Below, piece by piece: positions 12,783 to 25,295 of a stretch of DNA of 64,000 nt (position 1 is its first letter; the number at the start of each line of letters is the position of its first letter). Both the position numbers and the translations under genes were made by a program. Source of the DNA: Mobula hypostoma (Eukaryota); assembly GCF_963921235.1 (NCBI RefSeq), contig NC_086097.1, positions 153,328,001 through 153,392,000 of the forward strand. The letters are read 5' to 3'. The notes below the pieces were generated by a model. The model was given only the letters and a program-made list of their open reading frames with translations, was not told the DNA's origin and did not search any database.

Positions 12783-12970
12783 CTTTTTGTATTTGCACAG
12801 CTTGTTTGCTTTTGCACATTGGTTATTTGTCAGTGTTTACGTGTGGTTTTTCATTGATTCTATTGTACTTCTTTGTTCAACTGTGAAAGGCTGCAAGAAA
12901 ATAAGTTTCAGGGTAGCATATGGTGACATACATATACTTTGATAATAAATTTATTTTGAGCTTTGAACCT
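12783..12970 (+). mobile_element. Remainder of the Rex1 3'UTR
   Basis: gtatttgcacag...tcagggtagcatatggtgacata...ataaatttattttgagctttgaac. Confidence 0.75.
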
Positions 12971-13294
12971 TAGTACATTCAAAGGAAGTCCATTAAAATC
13001 CATGAACATTGCACAGTTAAATGTTATTGAACCAATTGAGCAAACAGAGCTCTGTTGCTTTAGCCAATGGCTGACAGATATGATGTACGTATATTAAAGG
13101 GTGAAACTGTGGTGGCTTCAACTCCGTCATTATGAGAAGATGAACTAAATGTTCATAGAATCATTCAAACCAGTGGCACAGAGCTATTGGGCTGTGACTA
13201 TTTGAAAGAATCTTGTTTGGCTTCACCCCCTACTTTTTGTCTGAAGCCAATGAGTTACTCATTACTCATCACCAAGAACCTGTACAATAAGTTG

Positions 13295-13460
13295 AATCAC
13301 AAGAGATTGCAGATGCTATAATGTGCAGCAAAAGAACCAACTGCTTGAGAAGCTCAGTGGGTCGAGCAGAATCTTTGAGGAGGAAATGAACTGCTGACAT
13401 TACATGTCGAAACCCTGCATTAGGATTGACCTTCTGAGTTCCTCCAGCAGTTTGTTTTTT
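13295..13460. mobile_element. Degenerate Penelope-like terminal fragment
   Basis: gcagatgct...ctcagtgggtcgagcagaatc motif with a decayed hammerhead-like segment. Confidence 0.5.
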
Positions 13461-14061
13461 GGATAGGATTAGCTTTGACACTTTGTGTACTGAAATAGTA
13501 CTGAATTTTAAGCCTTTATTCCTATGTGACTTATAGATCATTGTAGCAATATAAAGGGGTCATATACTCATGTAAAAATGGTTAAGTCAAACAGCTGACA
13601 AGTGATTAATTATATGCATAGTGTAATCTTAAGTGCCATTTCATGCACTATAGCAGTCACTCTGTTTATTGGAACCAAAGGTCATACAGAAATTAGACTG
13701 CCATTTACCATTCATATCCACAGTTTCATGGTGACTAAAATGCCTTGTTTATAATTATTTTATCCGACACACATTTCCCTTTATTGAATCATTTCATCTT
13801 TTCTCTCTGAGTTTAAATCAAAAGGCAGGAATGCTGATAAATTTCCTTCAAGGCTTCATTTGAATATCATCATTGTGATCAGTTAAAAACCATAACCCAG
13901 AAATCTACCTTTGTACAAAACTAATAACATGCAAGAGTAACTCTACTAAAGCTGATTTATGTTTCATAAGAATTAACCCATTAAATTGCTTAACTATGTT
14001 TAACTTTATTGCAATTATAATGTTTAATTGTGGATTTTTTTGTAATAATGATGTCCACTCT

Positions 14062-14480
14062 GCTGTGTAAATACATCTATTGATGCTTCTGGACATATTT
14101 TCAGTGATGTTCCTGGAATCATCGGGTGTTTCGGATCTTTCAATATCATACAACCTCCTCCAGGTGACCCAGCCGGGGCTGATCAGACCCCAGCTTGTGT
14201 CCAGATGGCTAGCTACTTTTGACTCCATGGCTCCCCTCTTTTGAGCCACAGCCATCTTGAGGCCCTCTCTGCCGCATCAGTGGTACTGCGGATGGCTCTC
14301 CTCTTCCTCTCTCCCTCGATGCCCAAAATGCTGAAGGCTCTAACTAATGAACGGGCTACGAATCCCCTACAACCAACCTCCACTGGGAGACACCTCGCTC
14401 TCCATCCAGCCTGCTGATAGTTGATGACCAGTCCTGCATACTTGGAGAGCTTCCTTTCAAAGGCCTCTTCCAAGCTTCCA
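14062..14480 (-). mobile_element. Hero-type REL non-LTR retrotransposon, 3' end
   Basis: EEAFERKLSKY...PVEVGCRGF...AERASRWLWLKR; 3'UTR near-identical to 39190-39340. Confidence 0.88.
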
Positions 14481-14569
14481 AACTCCAGTTGCACACAACA
14501 CATTCAGTTTCAATATCAGTGTCGCAATGGATTACAGCTTTAACCTTACTATCAATTGCAAGAAACCAT

Positions 14570-14830
14570 CAGAGTCAGATTCATTTATTTATCAAATGTA
14601 CATTGAAAAATTCCATGAAATGCATTATTTGCGTTAAAAACTAACACAACCATAGAATGTGCTGGGGGCAGCCCACAAGTGTTGCTGTGCATTCTGTTGC
14701 CAACATAGCATGTTCCAAGTGTTCAAAAGAACAACATAGATCACAACAAGCCATAAAACAACAACAGCAAAACAAGTCCTATTTCTCACTTCCACCCACC
14801 CACACACAAAGATAGACTCCCCAAACCCAG
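14570..14830 (-). mobile_element. Probable Rex1-type 3'UTR fragment
   Basis: agagtcagattcatttatttatca tail-like start; no coding support. Confidence 0.4.
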
Positions 14831-15127
14831 GATAGATTATTTTTCACTCAACATCAAGGAAAATTAACTCAAAAGGAATGAACAAGGACTCTGTGGGGAG
14901 GCAGAGCAATGCCCTGTCTGGCTGAAAAAGGACCTTGAGCTGAATGTTCTAGCTACTCCATAATGTAATACAATTCACTTCCTTGTAATTATATTGTGAT
15001 GGATATTTGCTTCCTTGGCTGGTAATTTCTTCTTTACTTTGTCCAGCTCAGCTTTCTAAACACAGCAGCTGACAATTCTGGATAGCAGAGGATTGTTTTT
15101 GAAGAAGATAAACTTTCAACTAATATT

Positions 15128-15299
15128 TTAAAAACGCAAACAACAGGAATTCTGCAGATGCTGGAAATTCAAGCAACACACATCAAAGTTGCTAGTGAAC
15201 GCAGCAGGCCAGGCAGCATCTCTAGGAAGAGGTACAGTCGACGTTTCCTAGAGATGCTGCCTGGCCTGCTGCGTTCACCAGCAACTTTGATGTGTGTTG
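15128..15299. mobile_element. Fold-back insertion of a Penelope-like element end
   Basis: 55-bp inverted arms at 15174-15228 and 15245-15299 (1 mismatch); 14-bp TSD tttcaactaatatt; same sequence as 59555-59670. Confidence 0.9.
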
Positions 15300-16777
15300 T
15301 TTCAACTAATATTCTTTGTTTAGCTTCTGGGCATAAACAAGAGCCAGTCCTCAGTTTTTAATACAAAAGCAATAATCAGTTTGAAGTTAAAAACACGGCT
15401 TTGCAAACAAGCATTGTTTATAACACAGAACACTGACCATACTACATCAGCTCTCTGCTAAAAGGTGCAGTATATGACAATGGGTTACTTAATTCAGCTT
15501 GTTTCAAATGGACAAAGCTGGCTAGGTTATTTATTTTAAGGAAGCTTGCAGACCAGATTGAGACAATCACTTAGCACATAATAACTGATCTATTAAGAAA
15601 TTGGCAGGTTTATGTAGTCAGTGAAGTTAGCTTCACAGCATTACTTGTGGGTTACCAGAATCTGTGTCTGCAAGAAACATTTAGACCATTTGTGTTAAAA
15701 GTTATCTAAAAGAATATCACACGTTTGTGAAGTCACCTAAGTGGCAAAGAAATAGTACGAGTGTAGCGAACAGTCCAGGCTTTTTAGTAAAAGGGTAAAC
15801 ATGAAATAAACACACCATTCTCTGGTTTTGATTTCTGCGATGGAACACTGGTTCATCTGCATCGTTGCTATGTCATTTTAGTTCATAGGAATTGTACCTT
15901 TGTTTTGGAAATGCTTTTTGTTTTAAAAGTGGTTTGTAATATGGAAGCCTTTTATAAGATTGATATCCTCTGTGGGTTTTAAATGTGTTTTAAGAATGCT
16001 GTTTGGATTTAAATGTGTCTCACTAAATGGACTGTGTTTAAATTATTTTGTTAGCTGGATGATTCTTCTCCTGGGTTAGGAGGGGTGATCCACTACTCAA
16101 ATAGTTGGTATCGGCAGCTAAGCTCACCTTGGAGAATAAACAGGGAAGTGAACTAGCTTTTGAAGATTGGGTAGTTACTATATAACCTTTCTTTACTGAG
16201 GGTATCCATAGCTATCTATATTGGCTAGGGCTTAAGCTCTTTGTTTGTGTTTAGAATTTTGCAGTCAACAAATCCAATACCATCACAAAATAATTTCTGA
16301 GTTCTAAGTAGAAGCAAGTCTTAAGCAGTTTAGACCCCTTCCATAGATGGAAGGAACACCAGTGTGCACACAAAATCGGCAAATCTTCATTTTGTTATCT
16401 TTAAAATGCAAGAAAACTGGCAAGAATATTCTTCAATTTGTATTTATAGACAAACACAAGTATGCACCATAGAGCATAGTTATTTTTGTTATAACTACTT
16501 CATAACTTCATGATCTCCACGCTGAATAGAAGCTAGAATTTGATGTACTTAACATTAAATAGTGATTTCTGTGTAAGATATAAAGCAAGTATTTGTTGAC
16601 CGTCACTGGATAGCTAATCTTTTATAACCATCTGTAAAATAATACTAAAGTAAATTTCAGGCCTAAGAAATAATATTTATCTGTTGAGGAGAGCACCAAA
16701 AAGCCATAATATCAACAATACATCGTAAAATTTATTGTAAGCTGCTAGGTAACATCAGTTCTGCAAAAGAGAAACAG

Positions 16778-17332
16778 AAGTATATACAGCTATATAGGAC
16801 CCTGGTCAGACCCCACTTGGAGTACTGCGCTCAGTTCTGGTCACCTCACTACAGGAAGGATGTGGAAACTATGTGCAGAGAAGATTTACAAGGATGTTAC
16901 CTGGATTGGGGAGCATGCCTTATGAGAATTGGCTTAGTGAACTCGGCCTTTTCTCCTTGAAGCGACAGAGGATGAGAAGTGAATAAGATGATGAGAGGCC
17001 TTGATTGTGTGGATAGCTAGAGGCTTTTTCCCAGGGCTGAAATGGCTACCACGAGAGGGCACAGATATTTGGAAGTAGGTACAGAGGAGATGTCAGGGGT
17101 AAATCTTTTACACAGAGCGCGGTGAGTGCGTGGAATGGGCTGCTGGCGATGGTGGTGGAGGCGGATACAATAGGGACTTTTAAGAGACTCCTGGATAGGT
17201 ACATGGAGCTTAGAAAGGAGAGGGCAATGGGTAACCCTAGGTAATTTCTAAAGTAAGTATATGTTCAGCACAGCATTGTGGGCCGAAGGGTCCACATTGT
17301 GCTTTAGTTTTTCAATGTCTCTATGTTTCTAA
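16778..17332 (+). mobile_element. CR1 3' fragment
   Basis: [20 protein letters not shown]; tctatgtttcta tail. Confidence 0.9.
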
Positions 17333-17479
17333 GTGTATTTGTAAATGATCTGATTTCATTTCAATATTGTAGTTCATTAAAGGAATGCCACAGTGACCTG
17401 CAGAAACTGCTGGCTTTCTGACATTGCCACCTCAACTACACTTAACACATCCTTCATCGTAGTGATTAGCATGTATTTC

Positions 17480-18070
17480 TTTGGTTTCCTATACCCTGCT
17501 GCCTCATTATACAATGATATTAGGAGCACACAACATGCAATCATTATTTTGGGAATATTCCTCGCACTGCACCACATGCTGCCCTTAAATAAGTCTCCAA
17601 ATTGTTGCCCAGTGGTTTCCAACACTGCTGGACATCTTGAATAACTAACAATCAAAAAGGATAAACATAATCCCTCAGAATCCTTCACCATACTTGCTTT
17701 GCATTTGGATAATGCCACGATGTGAGAGTCATTTCTGCTTTCAGCTTGCCTGGCATTCCACTTTGGCAATAATTATTTTTTGCATACTGAGCATAAGAGG
17801 CTGTTCTTTTTCTAACTTTGTACATGTTGGTGGAAAAAAAAATGGTATTGGCCCGGAATGCATTGCACCCTGCAAAACTTTCCTATGCTGCCAAAGTTGT
17901 GACTTATTTGCTTCCATGCAAGTTTGCTTCTTGCATGTTGCACACATGTGGAGATGCTTAGTGAAATCTCAGATCTTTCCTGTTAAATTTCCTATAGCAG
18001 ATGGATAAGACCTTGAAGAATATAACAAGATCAAAAGGTCACTGGTTGGAGAGTTTTTGAGGTCTGCCTT
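17480..18070 (-). mobile_element. Highly decayed PIF/Harbinger (HARBI1-like) transposase remnant
   Basis: KIMIACCVL resembles IIVACCVLHN; NARQAESRNDSHI resembles ARWPGSxHDSxI; the order is collinear. Confidence 0.45.
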
Positions 18071-18284
18071 CACAGACCGTGACTCTCGCTGAATTGTGAT
18101 AGGGTAACAACATGGAGTATTATTTTCGTGAAAAGTTGAAAGTGAGACTGCTAGAAATCTAACAGAAGAAGCAAAATCCAGCCAACAGACATTTTTTCAG
18201 TCAGAAAAAAAATACATTATTGTAGAATCATCATAGGGTGGAATGCTTCTCTAAAACCAGCAATGTATTCTTGAGCATCCCCTG

Positions 18285-18440
18285 CTCCCAAAAGAAGTGC
18301 TTGAGACAAGTGTAATTCTATCATTTAAGAAGCATCTGGATAGGTATATGGGCTTTGGATGGACATGGGCCAAACCCAGGAAATCAGGACTAGCTAAGTT
18401 GTCAATGTTGTTAGGCTGAAGGGCCTCTTATGACTCTACT
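18285..18440 (+). mobile_element. Old CR1 3' tail
   Basis: catttaagaagcatctggataggtatatg...ggctgaagggcct. Confidence 0.65.
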
Positions 18441-18504
18441 TTGGCACCAGTACTCCCTTTAATAAAGATGCAAGCTGCCCAAGTTCCTGGCAGGTTATAA
18501 TACT

Positions 18505-18960
18505 AGCAATATACACAAGATGCTGGAGGAATTCATCACATTAGGCAACAGCTAAGGCGAGAAATAAACAGTTGAAATCCTTCATCAGGACTCAAAAGGA
18601 AGACAGGAAGAAGCACAAGTGGCAGGTGATAAGTGAGTCCAAGTGAGGTGGAAAATGGTTGACGGGGGAGGGGAGATGGAAAGGAATGACGTGAGAAGCT
18701 AGGGGAAAATGGTACAGGGACGAAGAAGAAAGAATCTGATGGAAGTAGACAGTAGACTATGGAATAACTGGAAGGACATGGGTAGCCATAAGGAAGTGAT
18801 GAGCATGAGAAAAGAAGGGGTGTGAGAGCCACTAGAATTATGGGACAAAGGTGGGTGAACAGAGAGAAGTTATTACTGAAAGTTAGAGAAATCAACACTC
18901 ATGCCATTGGGTTGGAGATGACTGATACGGAATATGAAGTGGTGCCCCTCCAATACTATT
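18505..18960 (-). mobile_element. Degenerate Penelope-like 3' fragment
   Basis: Collinear with 59590-60070; truncated hammerhead gtcctgatgaagg. Confidence 0.7.
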
Positions 18961-19034
18961 TTGCGCTCATAGCTTTGGATGATTTGTGTCTTTTTTGCCA
19001 TATTTTGCTTCACCAGGTCTGACTTCAATCTCAC

Positions 19035-19618
19035 CAAAGTTCAAAGTAAATTTATTATCAATGTATGTATACATATACAGCCCTGAGATCCGTTTTCTTG
19101 CAAGTATAGTCAATAAATTCAATAACCATAACAGAATCAATGAAAGACCGCGCCCAACAGAGTGGACAACCCATGTGCAAAAGGCAACAAACTGTGCAAT
19201 GCAACAGATAAAAAATAGTAATAATAAATAAATAAGAAATAAATATTGAGAACACTAGATGAAGAGTTCTTGAAAGTGAGTCCATAGGTTGTACGAACTG
19301 GTCTGTGATGGGGCAAGTGAAGTTGAGTGAAGTTGAGTGAAGTTATCCCCTCTGGTTCAAAAGCCTGACGGTTGAGGGAAATAATGGTTTCTAAACTGGT
19401 GGTGTGAGTCCTGAGGCTCCTGTCTCTTCTTCATGATGGCATCAGCAAGAAGAGAGTATGACCTTGCTGGTTGGTGTCTGTGATGATGGATGTTGCTTTC
19501 CTGTGACAATGTTCCATGAAGATGTGCTCAATGGTGCAAGGTGGAAGGTTCTGCCCTTGGAGGACTGTCCGTATCCACTACTTTTTGTTTGATTTTTGTT
19601 CAACAGCATTGGTGTTTA
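19035..19618 (-). mobile_element. Rex1/Babar 3' fragment
   Basis: aagttcaaagtaaatttattatc tail; ORF2 C-terminal similarity to the other copies. Confidence 0.8.
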
Positions 19619-19789
19619 ACGTATGAGGGTATTCTGGATTATTTCAATGAAATGTCAGATGATTAAATTGTGGAAAGGAAATAGTCACTGGGTCGTTGTC
19701 TCTTGTTTATGACACTTTCCAATCCTGAAAACATCCCCTATTAAAATCAATCACCTAAATTCATTAACAAGATTCAATATGAATAAACT

Positions 19790-20280
19790 TTTTTCAGGTT
19801 TCCAGCTGGGTACAGGTATCAATCATAACCAACATTTTGATGACAAACTCTGCCATCTTCATCAGGGATGATGCTTGGCCATGTCAAGTTCAGTGGTATT
19901 TAGACCCCTATAGTACGTCCCTCCTGATTGGTTAGTCCTCATCCAATCAGGTTTCCGCTTTCCCACCTTCTTTACAATTAAATTCAAGTTCTTACTTAGA
20001 ACGAGACCTTCGTCTTTGTTAAAACTCTTTTCTACTAGTTTTATTTCAATGATTTCCTTTACCAGGTAGTCCAAAAAGCCATTAATGTGGCACAATAGTT
20101 ATATGCCATGGAAGTCAATCCTATGGCCATTGCAAGTGCAATGTTCTGCTGAGTGCAGGGCAACGTATCTTAGCCAAATGGGATGCATGATGGAAACCTG
20201 CATCAAGAAGTACAAGAGGTGTATCTATTTGGGTTACCCAGAGAAATTAGCAGTAGAAGAACACTGCATTTGCAATGGTT
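19790..20280. mobile_element. Penelope-like element fragment (GIY-YIG endonuclease) with internal inversion
   Basis: Plus strand ECRATYLSQMG...ETCIKKY...AVEEHCICNG; minus strand LVKEIIEIKLVEKSFNKDEGL followed by a hammerhead-like motif. Confidence 0.8.
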
Positions 20281-21104
20281 TTTACAATATATGTTGGCAT
20301 ACATGCAGGACCAGAATTATTCTTCTAAGCACATTCACAGAGGTGAGAAGGGTCACAGCAGCAGAGGTGGTGTGAAGGTTATTGTGGACTAGAAATTAAG
20401 GTAACACAAACCGAAGACTATTTCACACAGCACATTTTAGAACTATGCTGTGTTGTTTTTTGTTTGGATTACAAGTCTTATAAATTTTTTAGTGTTTAGC
20501 CAAGTTCTGCACTTTTGCAAATCATAATTAATTAATAACTGACAACAATGTTAAATATTCTTACCAAACTGTTTTGAATGCAATCAACCATTGTTTATGG
20601 ATCATATCCATGAAATGGCAGCAGCTTTGTAACTATGAATAGTATATTAAAGCAACAGGTGCTCTATTGGACCTTCATCATGTGATTTCAATGATCAAAC
20701 AGACAGTTGCTTAATTCAACTTACAGTTACAGTAACATTAAAACTAAGTAAGGAGCAAACAATAGGGATATTAAAATATCTTCTGGGTGGTCAGAAAAAG
20801 CAAAATATATTCACCTTTAATAATTTCTACTTTTAATCATCAATATGTTTCTGTAAGGTATCATCAGGTGAGGCTGAAGCAGTGTAGGCTAAAAAGCCCC
20901 CTCCCTGTTGTGCTTTGTAACTCCAGAAAATTGAAAGAAATACACAGGAACTGGGACACTAGAAACTAGAACTGGGAAACAAACAAAGAATGCTTAATCA
21001 AACAATATATTTACAATATTACTGAAATATTAAATAGACTATGCACCTCCCTGTTTAGCTATAAACTCTAACTGGATATAGAATGCATCTCAATTCAAAT
21101 ATGA

Positions 21105-21230
21105 AACAAGAAACGTGGATAAAAACATTGACTGTACTCTTTTACATAGATGCTGCATAGCCTGTTGAGTTCATCCAGCATTTTGTGTGTTGCTTGGATT
21201 TCTGGCATCTGCAGATTTTCTCTTGTTTCA
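21105..21230 (+). mobile_element. Penelope-like terminal fragment inside the Gypsy element
   Basis: gagttcatccagcattttgtgtgt...gcatctgcagattttctcttgttt. Confidence 0.7.
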
Positions 21231-22785
21231 AATATGAAATGTATTGCTAGTATAGACATCCACAACATGGTAAGTTTTAGCTTGTCCCATTCAGCCCAGC
21301 AAAATCCATATGAATCCTCTACCAGGACAATGCAAGCCATTCTCAGGGATGAAGAGGTGCTGCTTTTGGCATCTTTGGGACACGCTGACATTCTGAACAG
21401 TGCACGGCAATCTGCTCGATTTGCTATTCTATCCCAGGCCACCAGACAAAGCTTCAAGCCAACACCACCATTTTGACCATGCCCAGATGTCCAACATGCA
21501 GCACCTTCAACTCTCAGGCTGGATGGTACAACATCTCTATCTCTGCTTAAGGCAACACACATCCCAGCAATAGTAAAAGTGGGGGAACTGGAATTTATGT
21601 TGCTAACTTCAGCCACTTTTGGTTACCATGTAAACCTGCAAGGGTGTAGAGTCTTTTATGGTTTCTTTTTGGATCATCTCTGCTGAAATAGGAAAATATC
21701 AAATTTGCATTAGGGGGAGTACATCAAGAGTAATTTTCACTTCTGTAAATTTTTCAGTTACATCCTTTTCCAAGGGTAAATGGGACAATCCATCAGCATT
21801 TCGATGATTAGTTGTCCTCTTGAATTTGATCTAGTAATTGTGTCATCTAAAAAACAGAGCCCATCTCTGCATTCATGTTACTGCTGTTAGTGGAACTCCC
21901 TTCTGTGGATTGAAATAGGACACCAGGGATCGATAAGCAGTAGTGAGGATAAATTCTCTGCCATACAAAAACTGGATGAATCATTTTACTCTCCGAATCA
22001 GACTCAAGGCCTCTCTGTCAATTTGTGCATAATTTTTCTCTGCACCGGTAAAGGGATGTTATGCAAAGACAATGGGACATTCACTTTCATCATGTGACAT
22101 GATTGCACCTATACCATAAGGCAAGGCATTACAGGCAAGCTTCAATGGAAGGTGTAGATCATAACGTGTGAGTGCAGTGCCTGACATCACCATTTTCTTT
22201 CTCTTTTGGAAGGCATCTCACACTGCTTTGTTCATTCCCATTTCTTCCTGATCTGTAGTATTGAGTTCAAGGGGTGGAGCACGGTAGCCATGTACAGGAG
22301 GAAACTGTTATTGTAATTGACACATCCTAAGATGAACTGTAACTCTGGCCTTGATGCATGCACCACTGCTCGAAGTTTCTCAGCACAATTTCATAATTCT
22401 TGTGCTTCAATGGTGTGACCACAGTAAGTAATGCTTGATTTAAAGAATTCACACTTTTTGCATCATGCTCTGAGACCTTAATCTTCTCATCTTTTGAACA
22501 CTGGTGAAATTTTGGAGATCTCCATGTCATCTTCACCTGTAATAATGATGTTATCCAGGTAACACTGAGTGTCAAGGCAGCCTTGCAGTATTTGATTCAT
22601 ACCTTTCTGCCAAAATGCAGGTGCAGATACTACTCCAAAGCCTATTATAGCAATCAAACCCTTTGTGAGTGTTTCTGTTGACCAACACTTGGGATTCTTC
22701 TTCCATCTCCATCTGTAGGCACTGTAGTCCTCAGCTAAGTTCACTTTGCTGAAGCGTTTCCTTCCTGAAGCTTTGCAAGGTATCC

Positions 22786-23632
22786 AGAATCAGAATCAGG
22801 TTTATTATCACTGGCGGGTGTCGTGAAATTTGTTAACTTAGCAGCAGCAGTTCAATGCAATACATAATATAGAACAATAAATAAATAAATAACAGTATTA
22901 GTATATTGAATAGATTAAATTCATGCAAAAACAGAAATAATATATAGTTAAAAAGTGAGTTAGTGTTCACGGGTTCAATGTCCATTTAGGAATCGGATGG
23001 CAGAGGGGAAGAATGAATGAGGGGATGGCAGTAGCATGAATGCAGAGATGGGCTCTGAATCACAGAGTGTGTGCTTTCAGGCTTCTGTACCTCCTAGCTG
23101 ATGGTAGCAGTGAAAAATGGGCATGCCCTAGGTGCTGGGCATCCTTAATAATAGACACTACCTTTCTGAGACACCGCTCCTTGAAGATGTCCTGGGTACT
23201 TTGTAGGCTAGTACCCAAGATGGAGCTGGTGAAATTTACGATCCTCTGCAGCTTCTTTCAGTCCTGTGCAGTAGCCCCCTGCGCCATACCAGACAGTGAT
23301 GCAGTCTGTCAGAATGCTCTCCATAGTACATCTACAGAAGTTTTTGAGTGTTTTTGTTGACATACCAAATCTCTTCAAACTCCTAATGAAGTATAGTCGC
23401 TGCCTTGCTTTCTTTATAGCTGCATCGATATGTTGGGACCAGGTTAAGTCCTCACAGATCTTGACACCCAAGAACTTGAAACTCCTCACTCTCTCCACTT
23501 CTGATCTGTCTATGAGGATTGGAATGTGCTCCTTTATCTTACCCTTCCTGAAGTCCACAATCAGCTCTTTCATCTTACTGCTGTTGATTGCAAGGCTGTT
23601 GCTGTGACACGACTCCGCTAGTTGGTATATCA
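22786..23632 (-). mobile_element. Rex1/Babar 3' fragment inside the Gypsy element
   Basis: FKFLGVKICEDLTWSQHIDAAIKKARQRLYFIRSLK; (attctg)n tail. Confidence 0.92.
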
Positions 23633-23717
23633 CTGTTGAACCTCTATCCTAGACAGACGGTATTGATCTGTTTTCAGTAGTGAGTTGATAGTGACATCAA
23701 TATCACCACGGATCTTT

Positions 23718-23918
23718 AAGGATCCTCACCACCCAGGATGTGCCCACTTCACACTGTTATCATCAGGAAGGTGGTACAGAAGCATAAACGCACACACTTT
23801 CTGACTCATGAACTGTTATTTTTCTATATTCATCATATATTGTGCTGTACTGCTGCCACAAAGTTAATAAATTTCACAATATATGCCAGTGATATTAAGC
23901 CTGATTCTCATTCTGATC
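23718..23918 (+). mobile_element. Short, internally deleted Rex1 3' fragment
   Basis: KDPHHPG...LSSGRWYRS; gcctgattctcattctga tail. Confidence 0.7.
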
Positions 23919-24184
23919 CTAAGGTCCTAACAGACCATTCTTCCAGGCTTATAGGACTGCACTCAACCACGGAAAGAATTACTTTAACCTCCATGCAATC
24001 TAGATCACTAGCTATTTTATCACAGATGGTATAATGAACCAGATGGGCTTTGTAAAACTTGGATGTGGCATTTTTATTTAATGTTATTTTATCCTTGATA
24101 TGTTTGAGTTTTCTAATGTCACCCTTGAACGCTGTTGTGTTATGATCCAGCACCTTTCTTAAATTTACTTTCAGTTGACTTTAT

Positions 24185-24333
24185 TTAGATAGGCACATGA
24201 ATATGAGGGAAATAGAGGGATATGGGTGTTTTGTAGGTAGGAGGGAATAGTGTTTGGTGCTTTGATTTGTGTTTTAGCTGGTTCAGCACAACATAGTGGG
24301 ACAAAGGACCTGTCCTGTGTTGTACTGTTCTAT
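24185..24333 (+). mobile_element. CR1 3' tail inside the Gypsy element
   Basis: ttagataggcacatg...cctgtgttgtactgttcta. Confidence 0.75.
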
Positions 24334-25237
24334 TGCAGGAGATGTGGCATGCAAATGGTGGATGGATCTCCAATAAAGTTGTATTTGTCTCAGCCGATCA
24401 CAGCCCCACAATGCTGACACTCCTTTTTGTTTTACCACAAACACATCACTATCAGATTTTTCATCAACCGCTCTTTTTCAAAAATTGCAACTTGACTTTT
24501 TATCTTTTTCTCTTCCTTGTGCAGTCATTATTTTTGTCTACTCAACATTCTCTTTGTGTGAGTCCTGCTTTGTTGCATGTTCTGCAAGATTCACCATAAT
24601 GTCTGCATAGGTCTGGTTTATGTGAGCCCCTGCCACAACAATAACAGGATCTGTTCAATGAGGCAGGTGTCTGTTTAGACATTGCAATTTTGTTCATGCT
24701 GAATGCAACTTATTTGCATCTCTGGCTACTGTTTCTTTTGATACAGTGATTTGAGTTGCTCTTTTAAACATGAGTTGTGCATCAGTTAGAAGCTGTTTTT
24801 GAATGCTTTCTTGTAAAATTCCACAAACTAAATGATCCCTCAGTGCACCATTAAGCTCATCACTGAACTGACAATGCTCAGACAATTTCTTCTATTCAGC
24901 CATGTCCGCAGCAAGTGATTCCCCTTCCTTTTGATTCTGCTTATAAAATTTAAAGCATTCTTCAACCCATAATAGTGTTTGTTCTAAATGTTCCTGCATT
25001 ACATTCACAATATCAGAAAAGCTTATTTCAGCTGGTTTGGTTGGAGCAGTCAAACTTATAAATAAACTATATGTTTTTCCATCGATTATACTCAGCAACA
25101 CTGTCACTGATTTTTCATTTGCTATCCCATTTTCTATAAAATATTGCTCAATTTGGGCAGTATACATCATCCAGCTATCTGTCATGCAATCGAACAGGTC
25201 TGTATTTCTGATGTAGCCAGCCTTTTCTGCTTTGTTC

Positions 25238-25264
25238 TATTTATTATTATTATTATTATTATTA

Positions 25265-25295
<31 letters not shown>
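25238..25295. repeat. (ATT)n microsatellite
   Basis: Read directly; gives the poly-Ile ORFs. Confidence 0.95.

Noticed and set aside
12554..12942. ORFs with poly-K/E/S/P/L tracts
   Set aside because: Translations of the (CCT)(CTT) microsatellite
13025..13255. Cluster of CCAAT boxes with a TATA-like element
   Set aside because: No CpG island or downstream gene; short motifs are expected by chance in AT-rich DNA
13395..13430. Further hammerhead copies (also near 18575, 33215 and 46010)
   Set aside because: Core boxes are mutated or deleted, so they are not called as ribozymes
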